50,349 bases of DNA from contig JBHJGN010000005.1 of assembly GCA_050331735.1 (NCBI GenBank), forward strand, positions 1 through 50,349, given 5' to 3'. This document shows positions 50,213 to 50,349 of this stretch, in pieces; position 1 is the first letter of the stretch; each line of letters opens with the position of its first letter. Both the position numbers and the translations under genes were made by a program. The notes under the pieces are model-generated. The model was not told where the DNA came from and made no database searches. It worked only from the letters and a program-made list of their open reading frames with translations. Origin of the DNA: Cyanophyceae cyanobacterium. GTDB taxonomy: Bacteria > Cyanobacteriota > Cyanobacteriia > Cyanobacteriales > JBHJGN01.

Positions 50213-50349
50213 CAAGGAACCCAGAAGGGTGCTGCGACCATAAACTTGTTTTGGTCGTAGGGGAATTCTGGGGCAGCAGTGAGAGCTAAGCACTATCTTG
50301 ATTCTTGATATACTCCTTAACTTTCTCTAAAGTAGCACCGCCGCAGGAA
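50213..50349 (+). mobile_element. Left end of an IS200/IS605-family element (tnpA pointing toward the left end)
   Basis: CCAC|CAAGGAAC..., guide GGTG at +16..+19 (50228-50231), hairpin CTGCGACCA...TGGTCGTAG (50232-50260), then the tnpA 3' end. Confidence 0.75.
50286..50348 (-). CDS. tnpA: IS200/IS605 Y1 transposase TnpA, C-terminal 20 aa
   Basis: Manual translation gives SCGGATLEKVKEYIKNQDSA*, the catalytic YxxxQ helix of HUH Y1 transposases. Confidence 0.85.
   Translation of the reverse strand, partial: SCGGATLEKVKEYIKNQDSA

Overview
Cyanobacterial DNA (frequent HIP1 octamer GCGATCGC; ntcA, fabI, hisB and Ycf21-type genes). About 0.2-22.4 kb is mostly housekeeping: acnB, ftsH, an FHA-PBP1A, azlCD, a Gld-type ABC operon split by a TreS-like gene, yqgF-DUF3084-ntcA, fabI, hisB and a chorismate lyase. 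About 22.5-46 kb is an accessory block. It holds a double-glycine-leader precursor, a PEP-CTERM-like protein and a C39-peptidase type I export operon headed by a transposase-derived HTH. Divergent from that operon lies a putative trans-envelope signalling module (signal-peptide TPR-CHAT protease, DUF928, CHASE2 histidine kinase, NarL-type regulator, TpsA/TpsB), followed by a sensor-less HTH-NB-ARC protein. Both window ends carry IS200/IS605 left ends that the ORF track misses: a tnpB start at the left (predicted target TTAA) and a tnpA tail at the right (predicted target CCAC) that interrupts a tonB gene. Several non-coding repeat types are also present. All family assignments come from motif recognition by eye; no database search was run.
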